Shown piece after piece: positions 50,940-60,343 of a stretch of 64,000 nucleotides of DNA. A program made the position numbers and the translations under genes. Origin of the DNA: Rubripirellula sp. (GTDB lineage: Bacteria > Planctomycetota > Planctomycetia > Pirellulales > Pirellulaceae). Numbering within the stretch: position 1 is the first letter of the stretch; the number at the start of each line of letters is the position of its first letter. The DNA lies in the NCBI GenBank assembly GCA_965216875.1, contig OZ244207.1, positions 5,440,001 through 5,504,000 of the forward strand, written 5' to 3'. The notes below the pieces were generated by a model. The model saw only the letters and a list, made by a program, of their open reading frames with translations. It did not search any database and was not told where the DNA came from.

Positions 50940-51989
50940 TCAGGTCGTGGCAAAAGTGTTTGATGAGTCTTTTGCTTCAGATGCTTCGGTTGATTGCCGC
51001 AGGTAACGTACTCGCAAGAGACGCACCCACAACATCGTGGAAACCGCAAGGATGAGTGATCCCGTAGCGACATGAGATGTCACCACCATCGAATCGAAGT
51101 AGCCTTTCGACTCGATCAGGAATCCGGTGGCTCCGGGAAACCAGCGTAGGAATTGTGGAAATCCATAGCTGACAACCCAAGTGCCCGTACCGAGGGCGAT
51201 CTGAATGGCGACTAATCCTATCAGGAGTCCGGCAGGACGCGACAGCGTCAAATCGCCGCAGCGCCGGACTCTCCACCAACCGAGGCCGGTTAATCCCCAC
51301 AACACAAATGCTGTCACAACGTGGTGAGCCACCAGCACTGCGAAATACTTGGGGGTTGAATCAGGTTGAATGTGGCGAATCTGGGCACCCAGGACTAACT
51401 GGGTGTAACTGAGCACCACTAACGAGCCAATCAGAAGGACGAGCCCCCGACCGATCAGACCGCTGCCGACAGGTGTCTCGTTCGGCTGGCAAAGTTTGCG
51501 CGACCACCAAAACCGACTGGTCACGACCGCCGCAACCACGCAGAGTGCGAACACCGCCGGCCCGACACAGCCATGAATCATGGCCAGCGTTCGGTCGCTG
51601 AGCACCACGCGCAGCCCACCCAAGACCCCCTGGCTGATCACTGCCAGCAACACGCCGATTGCTAGTAGGCGCGTCCAGCGTCTCGGATCTTGGCGAAAGG
51701 ATAAAGCCACAATCACGATGGCGACAAACCCAACGGTCGCGCCAAGCAGTCGGTGGCCATGCTCAATAAACAAGTCAAAGGGACCTGTGATCCAAGTCTC
51801 GATCGGATACAGGAACAGGTTGTAGCCATAGGTCCCAGGCCAATCGGGCACCGCCATGCCGGCGTCGTAGGTCGTGACCATGCCGCCAACCCAGATCAAC
51901 GGCCAGATGAGGCAGACCGACAGCACCGCCATTCGATGTAGCCATCGACCGGGTGGAGTCGTGATCGTTTCGACGGTGTTGTCGCTCAA
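50940..51989 (-). CDS. ctaA: heme A synthase, COX15/CtaA family
   Basis: GG.VT...AGM..PDWP, EHGHR, QG.LGG..V and conserved His residues. Confidence 0.9.
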   Translation of the reverse strand: MSDNTVETITTPPGRWLHRMAVLSVCLIWPLIWVGGMVTTYDAGMAVPDWPGTYGYNLFLYPIETWITGPFDLFIEHGHRLLGATVGFVAIVIVALSFRQDPRRWTRLLAIGVLLAVISQGVLGGLRVVLSDRTLAMIHGCVGPAVFALCVVAAVVTSRFWWSRKLCQPNETPVGSGLIGRGLVLLIGSLVVLSYTQLVLGAQIRHIQPDSTPKYFAVLVAHHVVTAFVLWGLTGLGWWRVRRCGDLTLSRPAGLLIGLVAIQIALGTGTWVVSYGFPQFLRWFPGATGFLIESKGYFDSMVVTSHVATGSLILAVSTMLWVRLLRVRYLRQSTEASEAKDSSNTFATT

Positions 51990-51990
51990 C

Positions 51991-52167
51991 TCAGCCTCGG
52001 TGTTTCATTGCGTGAAAACGTTCGCCTGCAATACCACCAGCAACCGCGCCGCCTGCGCCGTAGAGCGCCGCGTTGACCATGCCACCGAACCCCAACAGGT
52101 TCATCGCGCCGATGCCAACCGCCAAACCAATGATGGCGCCGATGCTGCGGCAGTTCTCTTTGCTCAT
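51991..52167 (-). CDS. small Gly-rich membrane protein
   Basis: Two hydrophobic Gly-rich helices; fills the gap within the operon. Confidence 0.65.
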   Translation of the reverse strand: MSKENCRSIGAIIGLAVGIGAMNLLGFGGMVNAALYGAGGAVAGGIAGERFHAMKHRG

Positions 52168-52176
52168 CGCGGACAC

Positions 52177-53385
52177 CTACTCGCCTGTTGGACCCAAAGA
52201 CTTGACGTACCGAACCAGATCCCAAACTTGATCCGGCGTCAAACTCAAGTCCGATGGCTCTTCGGTGATCTGTACCGAAGGCATCGGAGTTCCCGCGATT
52301 CCCTGAGCGATCTGGCGGTAGATCGTTTCAACATCACCACCGCCGCGGTACACGCCATCAATCAGTCGTCGCGGACGTATTTGTCTTGGCGGCAGTGCGC
52401 CGACCTCAAGAAACGGCTGCAGCGACTCGCGATCGGTGGGCGTGATCCCAAGCTTGGTCGAATACTCTTTAGACCAATCATCAAAGTCGAGCGTGAGCAC
52501 AGCACCGTTGCCCTGTGGTCCATGGCATCCGGCACAGTTGGCAACCTGCCCATGAAAGATCCCCTTGCCCCGTTCAATGGAAGCGACAAGTTCATCATTG
52601 AGCGCTGTCTTCATCTTCGGGACAGCAACCACGCGATCATCTGCGTCCACCCAGTCTTGCGCAACGCGGCGCAGTGTACGGCGAATCAATGCCGCCGGTT
52701 CCTCGCCACGCGACTCCGAAGACTCGGTCCACAAGCGAAGTTCCTGTTCGGGTGACTCTTCTTCGTATCCCAAATCGACGATGGCCGACAGAAGCAATCG
52801 CCTCTCGAATTCGCCGCGCACCGACAGATAGATGACGTAGTCGACGAGTCCGTTGATGTCTTCATCACCGAGCAATCGAAACGAAGGCATCCCGGTGTCG
52901 GCGACACCACGGCGAAGCAACGCTGCCAAATCATCGCGTGTCGGCTTTGCTGTCCGCTCGGTCGATTTCCATTTGAAAACGCCGTGACGAAAATCACGCG
53001 GGTACGGGTTTTGAAAGAGCGACGCAGGTCCAGCGCCACTTCCCGACACCCCGTGGCAATTGACGCAGTGCTTGCGATAGAGCCCAAGGTTCGTCCCTTG
53101 ACGATCACTCGAAACCGCACCCGCCGCTTGCTGCAACCGGTCCAAGCTCACCAACTGAGCCATCGCCCGATCATCGAACCACTCGCCCGGCCATCGAGGC
53201 TCGTCGGGCGTTCCAAAGAGATCATCGGCCACCCGCGAGACGTCAGCCACAGCGGCGGTGGTCGGTGTCGCCTGGGAATGGTCTAGCGTGCGCGCGAAAA
53301 CCTCGTTTGGCTCAAATCGCTCAAGCTGGGAATCGCAGCCAACCAGAACCAGCAGCGAAATCGATAATAGAAAAACGCGGACCAT
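52177..53385 (-). CDS. diheme cytochrome c lipoprotein
   Basis: LVLVG-C lipobox; CVNCH and CAGCH motifs; PRDF..G.FK and GTPMP. Confidence 0.9.
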   Translation of the reverse strand: MVRVFLLSISLLVLVGCDSQLERFEPNEVFARTLDHSQATPTTAAVADVSRVADDLFGTPDEPRWPGEWFDDRAMAQLVSLDRLQQAAGAVSSDRQGTNLGLYRKHCVNCHGVSGSGAGPASLFQNPYPRDFRHGVFKWKSTERTAKPTRDDLAALLRRGVADTGMPSFRLLGDEDINGLVDYVIYLSVRGEFERRLLLSAIVDLGYEEESPEQELRLWTESSESRGEEPAALIRRTLRRVAQDWVDADDRVVAVPKMKTALNDELVASIERGKGIFHGQVANCAGCHGPQGNGAVLTLDFDDWSKEYSTKLGITPTDRESLQPFLEVGALPPRQIRPRRLIDGVYRGGGDVETIYRQIAQGIAGTPMPSVQITEEPSDLSLTPDQVWDLVRYVKSLGPTGE

Positions 53386-53594
53386 CAGAAAATTGAACCG
53401 CGAAAGGACTGATTAGACAATCGGAGCGCATTGTCGCACCCACTGATTCAGATCGAATCTACTGCGAACGGCCGCTGAGCTAGGGACATACGACACCCCC
53501 AAAATGCAAGCGGCTCACAAGTGAGTGACTTGTGAGCCGCGATCGCAAATATTGAATTGGCCAAACGTTGATTTGGCCCGACCGTTTCGCCCGA

Positions 53595-54506
53595 TCAGTC
53601 GACTTCGAGAACGTCTTCTGGAACGACGACCGTGCCCATGTCATTAAGGCCTGGCTCGATTTCGATCTCAAAGATGCTTCGGCGCCAATCGGTCTCTTCG
53701 CCATCGATGATGACCTCTTTGATCGGCCCAATTTCGTGGTTCACACGGAATTGGATTTCCTCGCCCGCTGGCAAGCCTTCGATCGTCAATTCACCATTCT
53801 CGTCACTCACCGCGGCATAGGGGTGATTGAAAACGAAAACGCGAGCCTGCATCCAGGGGTGGATGCTGCATGAAACCAACGATGCCGCTGGCTCTGCCTT
53901 CTCGAGCTCAACCGAGTGCTCGCCGCCAGCAGGGATCAGTGGGTTGGCTTGCGCGTTTTCCCAGAATTGCAGATTGGCGTTGTGCGAAACATCGTCCGGA
54001 TTGGTGACCTTCAAGGTGTCACCTTTGCGAGCGACGACGACGCGTGGTTCGAAGCGACAATTCTTGTTCGCAAGGACATGCGTCTTAGGTTCTGCAGCTG
54101 GAGCACCACCGTCATCGTCACCTTTGACGTACATGTAGACGACGATGTTCTTGATGCCCTTGTTCTCTTTGTTGACCAACAAGCGCTCGTTTGGCAAATC
54201 AAATTTGCCGCAGAAATTTGGGTCGGCGGTCGCCTTGAGTTTTTCGGGCTCGAACGCATCGCCTTCGTAGACGAACTTGATCTTCAAGGTGCCGGTCTCT
54301 GCTGGCGCGGGAGCCGCAACAGGAGCAGGTGCGACGACTGGCGTGGCAACGACGGGTGCAGGAGCCGGATTGGCAACCGTTTGCACGTCGATCGAGGCCT
54401 GTTGCTCAGGTTCCGAACGACCGGGAAAGAAAGCGATGCCCGTGGCGACGGCAGCCAGACCGGCAGCGCTCAGAGACATTTTCAAAAACGACATATTCGA
54501 CTTCAT
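53595..54506 (-). CDS. secreted cupredoxin-like protein (paralog 2)
   Basis: SHNAN and CSIHPWM candidate Cu ligands; Pro/Ala-rich linker after the N-terminal anchor. Confidence 0.8.
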   Translation of the reverse strand: MKSNMSFLKMSLSAAGLAAVATGIAFFPGRSEPEQQASIDVQTVANPAPAPVVATPVVAPAPVAAPAPAETGTLKIKFVYEGDAFEPEKLKATADPNFCGKFDLPNERLLVNKENKGIKNIVVYMYVKGDDDGGAPAAEPKTHVLANKNCRFEPRVVVARKGDTLKVTNPDDVSHNANLQFWENAQANPLIPAGGEHSVELEKAEPAASLVSCSIHPWMQARVFVFNHPYAAVSDENGELTIEGLPAGEEIQFRVNHEIGPIKEVIIDGEETDWRRSIFEIEIEPGLNDMGTVVVPEDVLEVD

Positions 54507-54582
54507 GATTGAATTCAGGTTTCTGTAACGGGTGGGGATGGACTTGTTGATTGAGTTGTTTGTGGATGACTCACGGCAAGCA

Positions 54583-55383
54583 CTAGTCAGCGGAAAGTGC
54601 ATCGGCGGGGACCGTGACTGTTCCCAAATCATTGAATCCGGGATCGATTTTAACCTCAAACCGGCCATTCTTCCATTCTTCGTCTTCGCCGTTGACGTCA
54701 ACTTCTTTCAGATTGCCCGCTTCGTGAAAAACACGAAAGACAATCAATTGGCCGGCCGGCAGCCCCTTGATGGTGACCTCGCCCTGGTCGTTCGAGACCG
54801 CCGCATACGGGTTGTCCAGCACCATGACGCGTGCCGCCATCCAGGGATGAATGTTGCAGGCAACGACCGCTGGTTTGCCTTCGACATCGGTCAATTTGAT
54901 TTCCTGGTGGCCTCCCGCCGGAATGGTCAAGTTGACCGGTCGGTTTTCCCAAAAATCAATGTTGGCGTTGTGCGCAACCGTATCGGGATTGGTCACTTTC
55001 AGCGTGTCACCCACCTTGGTGATCACGATCCTCGGCTCGAAGCGGCACTTGTCGTTTGCCAGTTCGACGGTTTCGGGCTCGTAGTTTGCCGCAGGCAATT
55101 TCGTTTGACCGCGTCCGGTGTCGACATAGACCAAGACGTTCTTGATCCCCTTTGTCTTGGGATCAACCAGCAACCGTTCGTTGACCAACGGGTGCTTGCC
55201 ACAAAACTCTCCGTCCTGAGCCACATTCACTGGGGCTGGCTCGAACGACGGGCCACCGTACAGGAACCGAATCGTCACCGCACCGACATCCGGCGTGGTT
55301 TGTGCATTAGCGCAACTCAGCCACGCGGCGGTGATGAGCAACGGAAAAACTCGGCAGCGAAACTTCAACTCCAATTGCTCCAT
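54583..55383 (-). CDS. secreted cupredoxin-like protein (paralog 1)
   Basis: AHNAN and CNIHPWM; signal peptide; co-linear with the downstream paralog. Confidence 0.8.
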   Translation of the reverse strand: MEQLELKFRCRVFPLLITAAWLSCANAQTTPDVGAVTIRFLYGGPSFEPAPVNVAQDGEFCGKHPLVNERLLVDPKTKGIKNVLVYVDTGRGQTKLPAANYEPETVELANDKCRFEPRIVITKVGDTLKVTNPDTVAHNANIDFWENRPVNLTIPAGGHQEIKLTDVEGKPAVVACNIHPWMAARVMVLDNPYAAVSNDQGEVTIKGLPAGQLIVFRVFHEAGNLKEVDVNGEDEEWKNGRFEVKIDPGFNDLGTVTVPADALSAD

Positions 55384-55547
55384 GCGTTCATACGGCAGGA
55401 TTGAGTGGGCCAGCAAATGAGTGGTCACGTGATTGATTCAACACCAAGACCAGAATCAACGACTCGGATTGACTTGGTTTTGCATGAGCCAAATCGATGG
55501 GCTCAGTGTTTGAGACCCGACAACTACGTTCAACATCGTCTTCTAGG

Positions 55548-55597
55548 AAAGAAGAAAGGCGGCGACTGGAACCAAGGTGATTGAACCAGTCGCCGCC
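55548..55597 (-). terminator. putative intrinsic terminator
   Basis: 12-bp stem GGCGGCGACTGG/CCAGTCGCCGCC followed on the minus strand by TTTCTTCTTT. Confidence 0.55.
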
Positions 55598-55961
55598 CTC
55601 GTCAAATTAGTCGTCAGCGGAAAATGTGCCATCCCTGGGGTGGGGCTGTGGGAAAGATGGCAGATAACATCCTCCGGAGGGACTGATTTGATTTTATTGG
55701 CTAGAGGCACCTTGTCTACCGCTATCACGTGAATGGGGCAATTTTTTCTCCTGTCAGGTCACATTGCCGCACCCTGAATCTCTCTCGTTTTTGGCCAACG
55801 TCTCATCTTGCAACTCCGACTGCGACGACTGAGACGGTATCGAAGCTGTCGAATGGGGTCTGGCCCCTTTTTCCTTTCATCACACCCCCTCACGCGCCAT
55901 CGAATTGCGTCGTACCATTGCAACTTCGTTTCGAAAGACATGCGTTTGAAAGTGATGTGGA

Positions 55962-57251
55962 ATGAAGGTTCTGATTGTTGGCAATGGTGGCCGTGAGCAC
56001 GCTTTGGCGTGGAAAATCGCCCAAAGCCCACGCGTCGAGCAGGTATTTGCTGCCCCCGGAAATGCTGGCACAGCGCTCGATGCAACCAATGTTCCGATCC
56101 CCGTCTCGGACAAGCCAGCACTGGTCCAATTCGCTAAAGAGAACGCAGTCGACCTGGTGGTGGTTGGCCCCGAAGCCCCCCTCGTAGACGGCTTGGTCGA
56201 CGACATGGAGGCGGAAGGGTTCAAAGTCTTTGGCCCCTCCAAAGCAGCCGCCGAACTCGAAGGCAGCAAGGTCTTTTGTAAGAACCTGTTGCACACCGCC
56301 GACATTCCGACCGCCAGCTACCAAACGTTCCGCAGTGGTGAAGATGCCACGCGTTACATCAAGGATCGCTACACCGAACCCAACGATCCGGTCCCGGTTG
56401 TGGTCAAGGCCGACGGGTTGGCCGCTGGCAAAGGCGTGATCGTCTGCAGCACTCGAGAAGAAGCGCTCGACGCCATCGATCGCATCGCTTCCCAACGTGA
56501 GTTTGGCGAAGCGGGCAACGAACTGATCATCGAAGAAAAACTTGTCGGCCAAGAAGCAAGCGTGCTGGCGATCACCGATGGCGAAACCATCGTGACCCTT
56601 CCCGCGGCACAAGATCATAAGCCCGCCTTCGACGGCGACACCGGTCCCAACACCGGCGGCATGGGCGCCTATTGCCCAACACCGATCGTCGACGAAGACA
56701 TGATGGAGAAGATCGAAAGAGAAGTGCTCGTCCCAGTTGTCCACGCCATGAAACGAGCACGGAAGCCGTTCAAAGGTGTTCTCTACGCTGGCTTGATGCT
56801 GACCCCAGCCGGCCCCAAAGTGCTCGAATTCAACGTTCGTTTTGGTGACCCCGAGTGCCAACCTCTGTTGATGCGACTGAAAACCGACTTGGTCGACATC
56901 CTCGAAGCAGCTGTCGACGGACGCCTCCGTGAACTGCCGCCACTGGAATGGGACGACCGTCCCAGCATCTGTGTGGTGATGGCAAGTGAAGGCTATCCGG
57001 GCGACTACGAAAAGGGTCGTGAGATCACCGGCCTCGAGCGGGCCGATGCACTCGAAGACGTCAAAGTCTTTCACGCCGGCACCAACCTGAAGGATGGCAA
57101 AGTACTGACCGCTGGTGGACGCGTCCTAGGTGTCACCGCTGTTGGCGGCAGCATCAGCGGCGCGAAACTGCAGGCCTACAAAGCCGTCAAAGAAATCCGC
57201 TGGCCGGGCGCTTGGTGCCGCAAAGACATCAGCGACAAAGCCCTCGACTAG
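55962..57251 (+). CDS. purD: phosphoribosylamine-glycine ligase
   Basis: GGREHAL, VGPEAPL, KADGLAAGKGV, QDHK, GPNTGGMGAY, EFNVRFGDPE. Confidence 0.98.
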   Translation: MKVLIVGNGGREHALAWKIAQSPRVEQVFAAPGNAGTALDATNVPIPVSDKPALVQFAKENAVDLVVVGPEAPLVDGLVDDMEAEGFKVFGPSKAAAELEGSKVFCKNLLHTADIPTASYQTFRSGEDATRYIKDRYTEPNDPVPVVVKADGLAAGKGVIVCSTREEALDAIDRIASQREFGEAGNELIIEEKLVGQEASVLAITDGETIVTLPAAQDHKPAFDGDTGPNTGGMGAYCPTPIVDEDMMEKIEREVLVPVVHAMKRARKPFKGVLYAGLMLTPAGPKVLEFNVRFGDPECQPLLMRLKTDLVDILEAAVDGRLRELPPLEWDDRPSICVVMASEGYPGDYEKGREITGLERADALEDVKVFHAGTNLKDGKVLTAGGRVLGVTAVGGSISGAKLQAYKAVKEIRWPGAWCRKDISDKALD

Positions 57252-57257
57252 ACAAAC

Positions 57258-57612
57258 GTGAGCCGCGATCGCGTGAGCGGCCGGGCCCTGCACCGTTCGT
57301 AGTACCGAGCTTTAGCCGGAATCTTCTCACATGCTGGGCAGCAAACGGCGTGACCACGCTTCGTAGCGACGCTCGCCAGAGAGTCGTAACGAGGTTGAGC
57401 GGTCAAATCATGAGCCGCCACGCGATAGCGTGCGGTTTCTACCTTCCGTTGATCACCTGGTAACCGCGAGCTATCGCTCTGCGGCTGATTGCTCCCGTTC
57501 GTAGTACCGAGCTTTAGCCGGGATCTTCTCACATCCCGCCTAAAGGCGGGACGACAAACGGGGACGCGGAGCGTCCGAAGTGTGCGTTACCACGCGGAGC
57601 GTGGTAACGAGG
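57258..57612. repeat. mosaic REP array
   Basis: Units from several families, including two GTAGTACCGAGCTTTAGCCGG copies and GGACGCGGAGCGTCC..GGTAACGAG. Confidence 0.88.
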
Positions 57613-57698
57613 CCAGAGGCCGCATACAGCATCACCGACGGCTCGACTAAACTACGCTCTGGTAAACACCCGAGCCCAATCGTTCCGAGACCGTTGCC

Positions 57699-59180
57699 AT
57701 GCGTCCGTTCTTGCTGCTCGCTTGCGTCCTCATCAGTGGCCTTCTGCCGCGCGATCGCACGATCGCTGCTGATCCCGATGCGGTGCGACAATCCCTGCGT
57801 CGTGCAACCGAATTCATGACGAACCATGTTGCCGTTCACGGCGGCTATGCCTGGGTATCGAGCGCCGATGGAAAGTACAGTCACGGCGAAGGCGTCGCTG
57901 GCCCCACTCGCGTATGGGTGCAACCGCCGGGAACGCCCGCGGTCGGCATGGCCTTACTCGAAGCTTACCAGGCAACCGGCGACGAAGTTCATCTCAACGC
58001 CGCGCGTGCCGCCGCCGAGGCGTTGATTCAAGGGCAACTCCGCTCAGGCGGCTGGGGCTATTCGATTGAGTTTGATTCCAAAGCACGCCAAAAGATCCCT
58101 TACCGCGTTGGCCCAAACGGTGGTCGCGACAAGATTGCCAAAACGCCACGTCCGGGCGGGTGGGACATCTGGCGGCAGCGCAAATTCAAAACCAACAAAA
58201 CGATGATCGATGACGATGTGACTCCCGCGTCGATTCGTTTCCTCGCCAAACTCGACCAAGAACTCAATTTCAAAGATGCCAGCGTTCACGATGCTGCCCA
58301 ATATGCACTGCGTTCCGTGCTCGGCGCGCAATACCCGATCGGCGCTTGGGGACACAACTACGATCGATACGCAATGGAAACGCCCAGCGCCGAGCATTAC
58401 CCGATCTTGAAAGCGAGCTACCCCGACGACTGGTCGCGGCGAACCACCAACGACTTTCATGGATGCTACATGATCAACGATCGCATCACGTTGAACATGA
58501 TTCGCACGATGCTGCTTGCCGCCAAAATTTACGACGATGATCGCTATCGCAAGAGCGCCATCACGGGCGGCCAGTTTCTACTCAATGCACAGATGCCTGA
58601 ACCACAACCAGCTTGGGCACAACAGTACGATCGCCACATGAAACCGGTCTGGGATCGCAAGTTCGAGCCGCCTGCGATCACGGGCGGAGAATCGCAGGAC
58701 GTCCTCGAAGTCCTTGTCTTGCTATACGAAGAAACCAAAGACCGCCAATACCTGCAAGCGTTCCAGAAGGCTTACCTGTACCTGTCCAAGTCACTGCGCC
58801 CCGACGGCAAACTCGCACGCTACTACGAACTGAAAACCAATCGACCAATCTACTTTTCCAAAGACTACGAGCTCACTTACGACGATTCGGAAATGCCTGA
58901 TCACTACGGTTTCGTGATCGACTCGCGGCTCGACAAGTTGCTTCGGCTTTACAACCAAGCGACCGGCAAAGCAAAGAAGTCTCCGACGCGTCGGCGTGAC
59001 CTCGCCAAACGGGTCGATGCGATCGTTGCCGCTCAGCGCCAAGACGGCGCGTGGCTCGAACCTGGTTTCGTCCGCAACGAAGCGGGCAAGAAAGTGATCC
59101 CGCCCGAAGGCATCGTGCAATCCGACACGTTTATCAAAAACGTCAGTCGCTTGTGCGACTATTTGAATGCGGACGAGTAG
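57699..59180 (+). CDS. secreted pectate lyase-like protein (PL10-like)
   Basis: Signal peptide; AQYPIGAW, WAQQYD...P.W.R.FEP.A....ES, ARYYEL.TNRPIY. Confidence 0.72.
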   Translation: MRPFLLLACVLISGLLPRDRTIAADPDAVRQSLRRATEFMTNHVAVHGGYAWVSSADGKYSHGEGVAGPTRVWVQPPGTPAVGMALLEAYQATGDEVHLNAARAAAEALIQGQLRSGGWGYSIEFDSKARQKIPYRVGPNGGRDKIAKTPRPGGWDIWRQRKFKTNKTMIDDDVTPASIRFLAKLDQELNFKDASVHDAAQYALRSVLGAQYPIGAWGHNYDRYAMETPSAEHYPILKASYPDDWSRRTTNDFHGCYMINDRITLNMIRTMLLAAKIYDDDRYRKSAITGGQFLLNAQMPEPQPAWAQQYDRHMKPVWDRKFEPPAITGGESQDVLEVLVLLYEETKDRQYLQAFQKAYLYLSKSLRPDGKLARYYELKTNRPIYFSKDYELTYDDSEMPDHYGFVIDSRLDKLLRLYNQATGKAKKSPTRRRDLAKRVDAIVAAQRQDGAWLEPGFVRNEAGKKVIPPEGIVQSDTFIKNVSRLCDYLNADE

Positions 59181-59221
59181 GCAAACTCACCCGGAGAGCA
59201 AGTGAGTTTTACCGCCCGTTC

Positions 59222-59275
59222 GTAGTACCGCCTTTAGGCGGAATCTTCTCACGGACCGCCTAAAGGCGGGACTAC
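59222..59275. repeat. REPIN-like inverted pair GTAGT(A/C)CCGCCTTTAGGCGG
   Basis: 59222-59241 and reverse 59256-59275, between convergent genes. Confidence 0.85.
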
Positions 59276-59321
59276 AAACGGCGCTAACCACACGCACTGA
59301 ACAGGCAATGATTCCGCCTTC

Positions 59322-60251
59322 TCAAACACGCTTGGTCGACAGAATCCGTCGATGCCCCTGCAGGTCTTTAATGAACCGCAAGTCCGTAAACTCGCTCGAC
59401 CGTTGAACGATTTCGGCACAGGCGTCGGCGATCATCGGGCTCAGTTCGATGATCAATCGGCCACCCGCGTTCATGTATTGCGGCGCGTCAGCAACCAGTC
59501 GCTCGATGGTCTCGGTTCCCGTCGGTCCAGAAACGAGCGCCATCTTCGGCTCGAAATCACGCACGGTCGATGCAAGCTCGGCAAACTCAGCTTCGCTCAC
59601 GTAAGGCGGATTGCTGCAAACGAGATCGAACGTTTTGCCCGACTCGATCGCGCTGAACAAATCTCCTTCAACTAGGGTCACCTGTTCGGCAACTTCGTGC
59701 TGATCGATGTTCCACTTGGCAATCTTTAGCGCTCCAGGACTCAAATCGACCGCAGTCACTTGAACCGAAGGCAAGTTCTTGGCGACTGAAATCGCGATGG
59801 CGCCACTGCCGGTGCCGATGTCGATCATCTGCAGCGGCACGCTGCGATCGCCGCCGTCCAACTCTTTGGCGCAATCAATCGCCTCGATGACCAAGTGTTC
59901 CGTTTCCGGCCGCGGGATCAGCACGTTTTCATCAACGCGAAACTGTAACGAATAGAACTCGCGATAACCGACGAGCTGAGCGACCGGCATCCCTTCGCCC
60001 CGTCGCCGCACCATCTCGCGAAAGGCAACGCGTTCTTCATCGCCGGGAACTTCGGCAAACGCAGTGTACAGTTCAATACGACTGCAACCGCGGGCGTGAG
60101 CAAGCAAGATTTCTGCGTCCAGCCTCGCCGATTCACTGCCCTTCTTTTTGAAGAACTCAGTCGTCCACTCCAACAACCTCAGCACGGTCCACGCTTCGGA
60201 CTGTTGTGATCCAGTCGCCGCGGTCTGCTTTTCTTCCTGGCCGTTGGACAT
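59322..60251 (-). CDS. prmC: release factor glutamine methyltransferase
   Basis: VLIPRPETE, DIGTGSGAI, SNPPY; downstream of prfA. Confidence 0.96.
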   Translation of the reverse strand: MSNGQEEKQTAATGSQQSEAWTVLRLLEWTTEFFKKKGSESARLDAEILLAHARGCSRIELYTAFAEVPGDEERVAFREMVRRRGEGMPVAQLVGYREFYSLQFRVDENVLIPRPETEHLVIEAIDCAKELDGGDRSVPLQMIDIGTGSGAIAISVAKNLPSVQVTAVDLSPGALKIAKWNIDQHEVAEQVTLVEGDLFSAIESGKTFDLVCSNPPYVSEAEFAELASTVRDFEPKMALVSGPTGTETIERLVADAPQYMNAGGRLIIELSPMIADACAEIVQRSSEFTDLRFIKDLQGHRRILSTKRV

Positions 60252-60343
60252 TGCAATTCCTAATTGCGAGTACGGGCGAAACAGCGTTGGCGCTGTAAGT
60301 GTACGCCCGAATGTTTGATGCAAATGCGATCGACCGCAAACAA

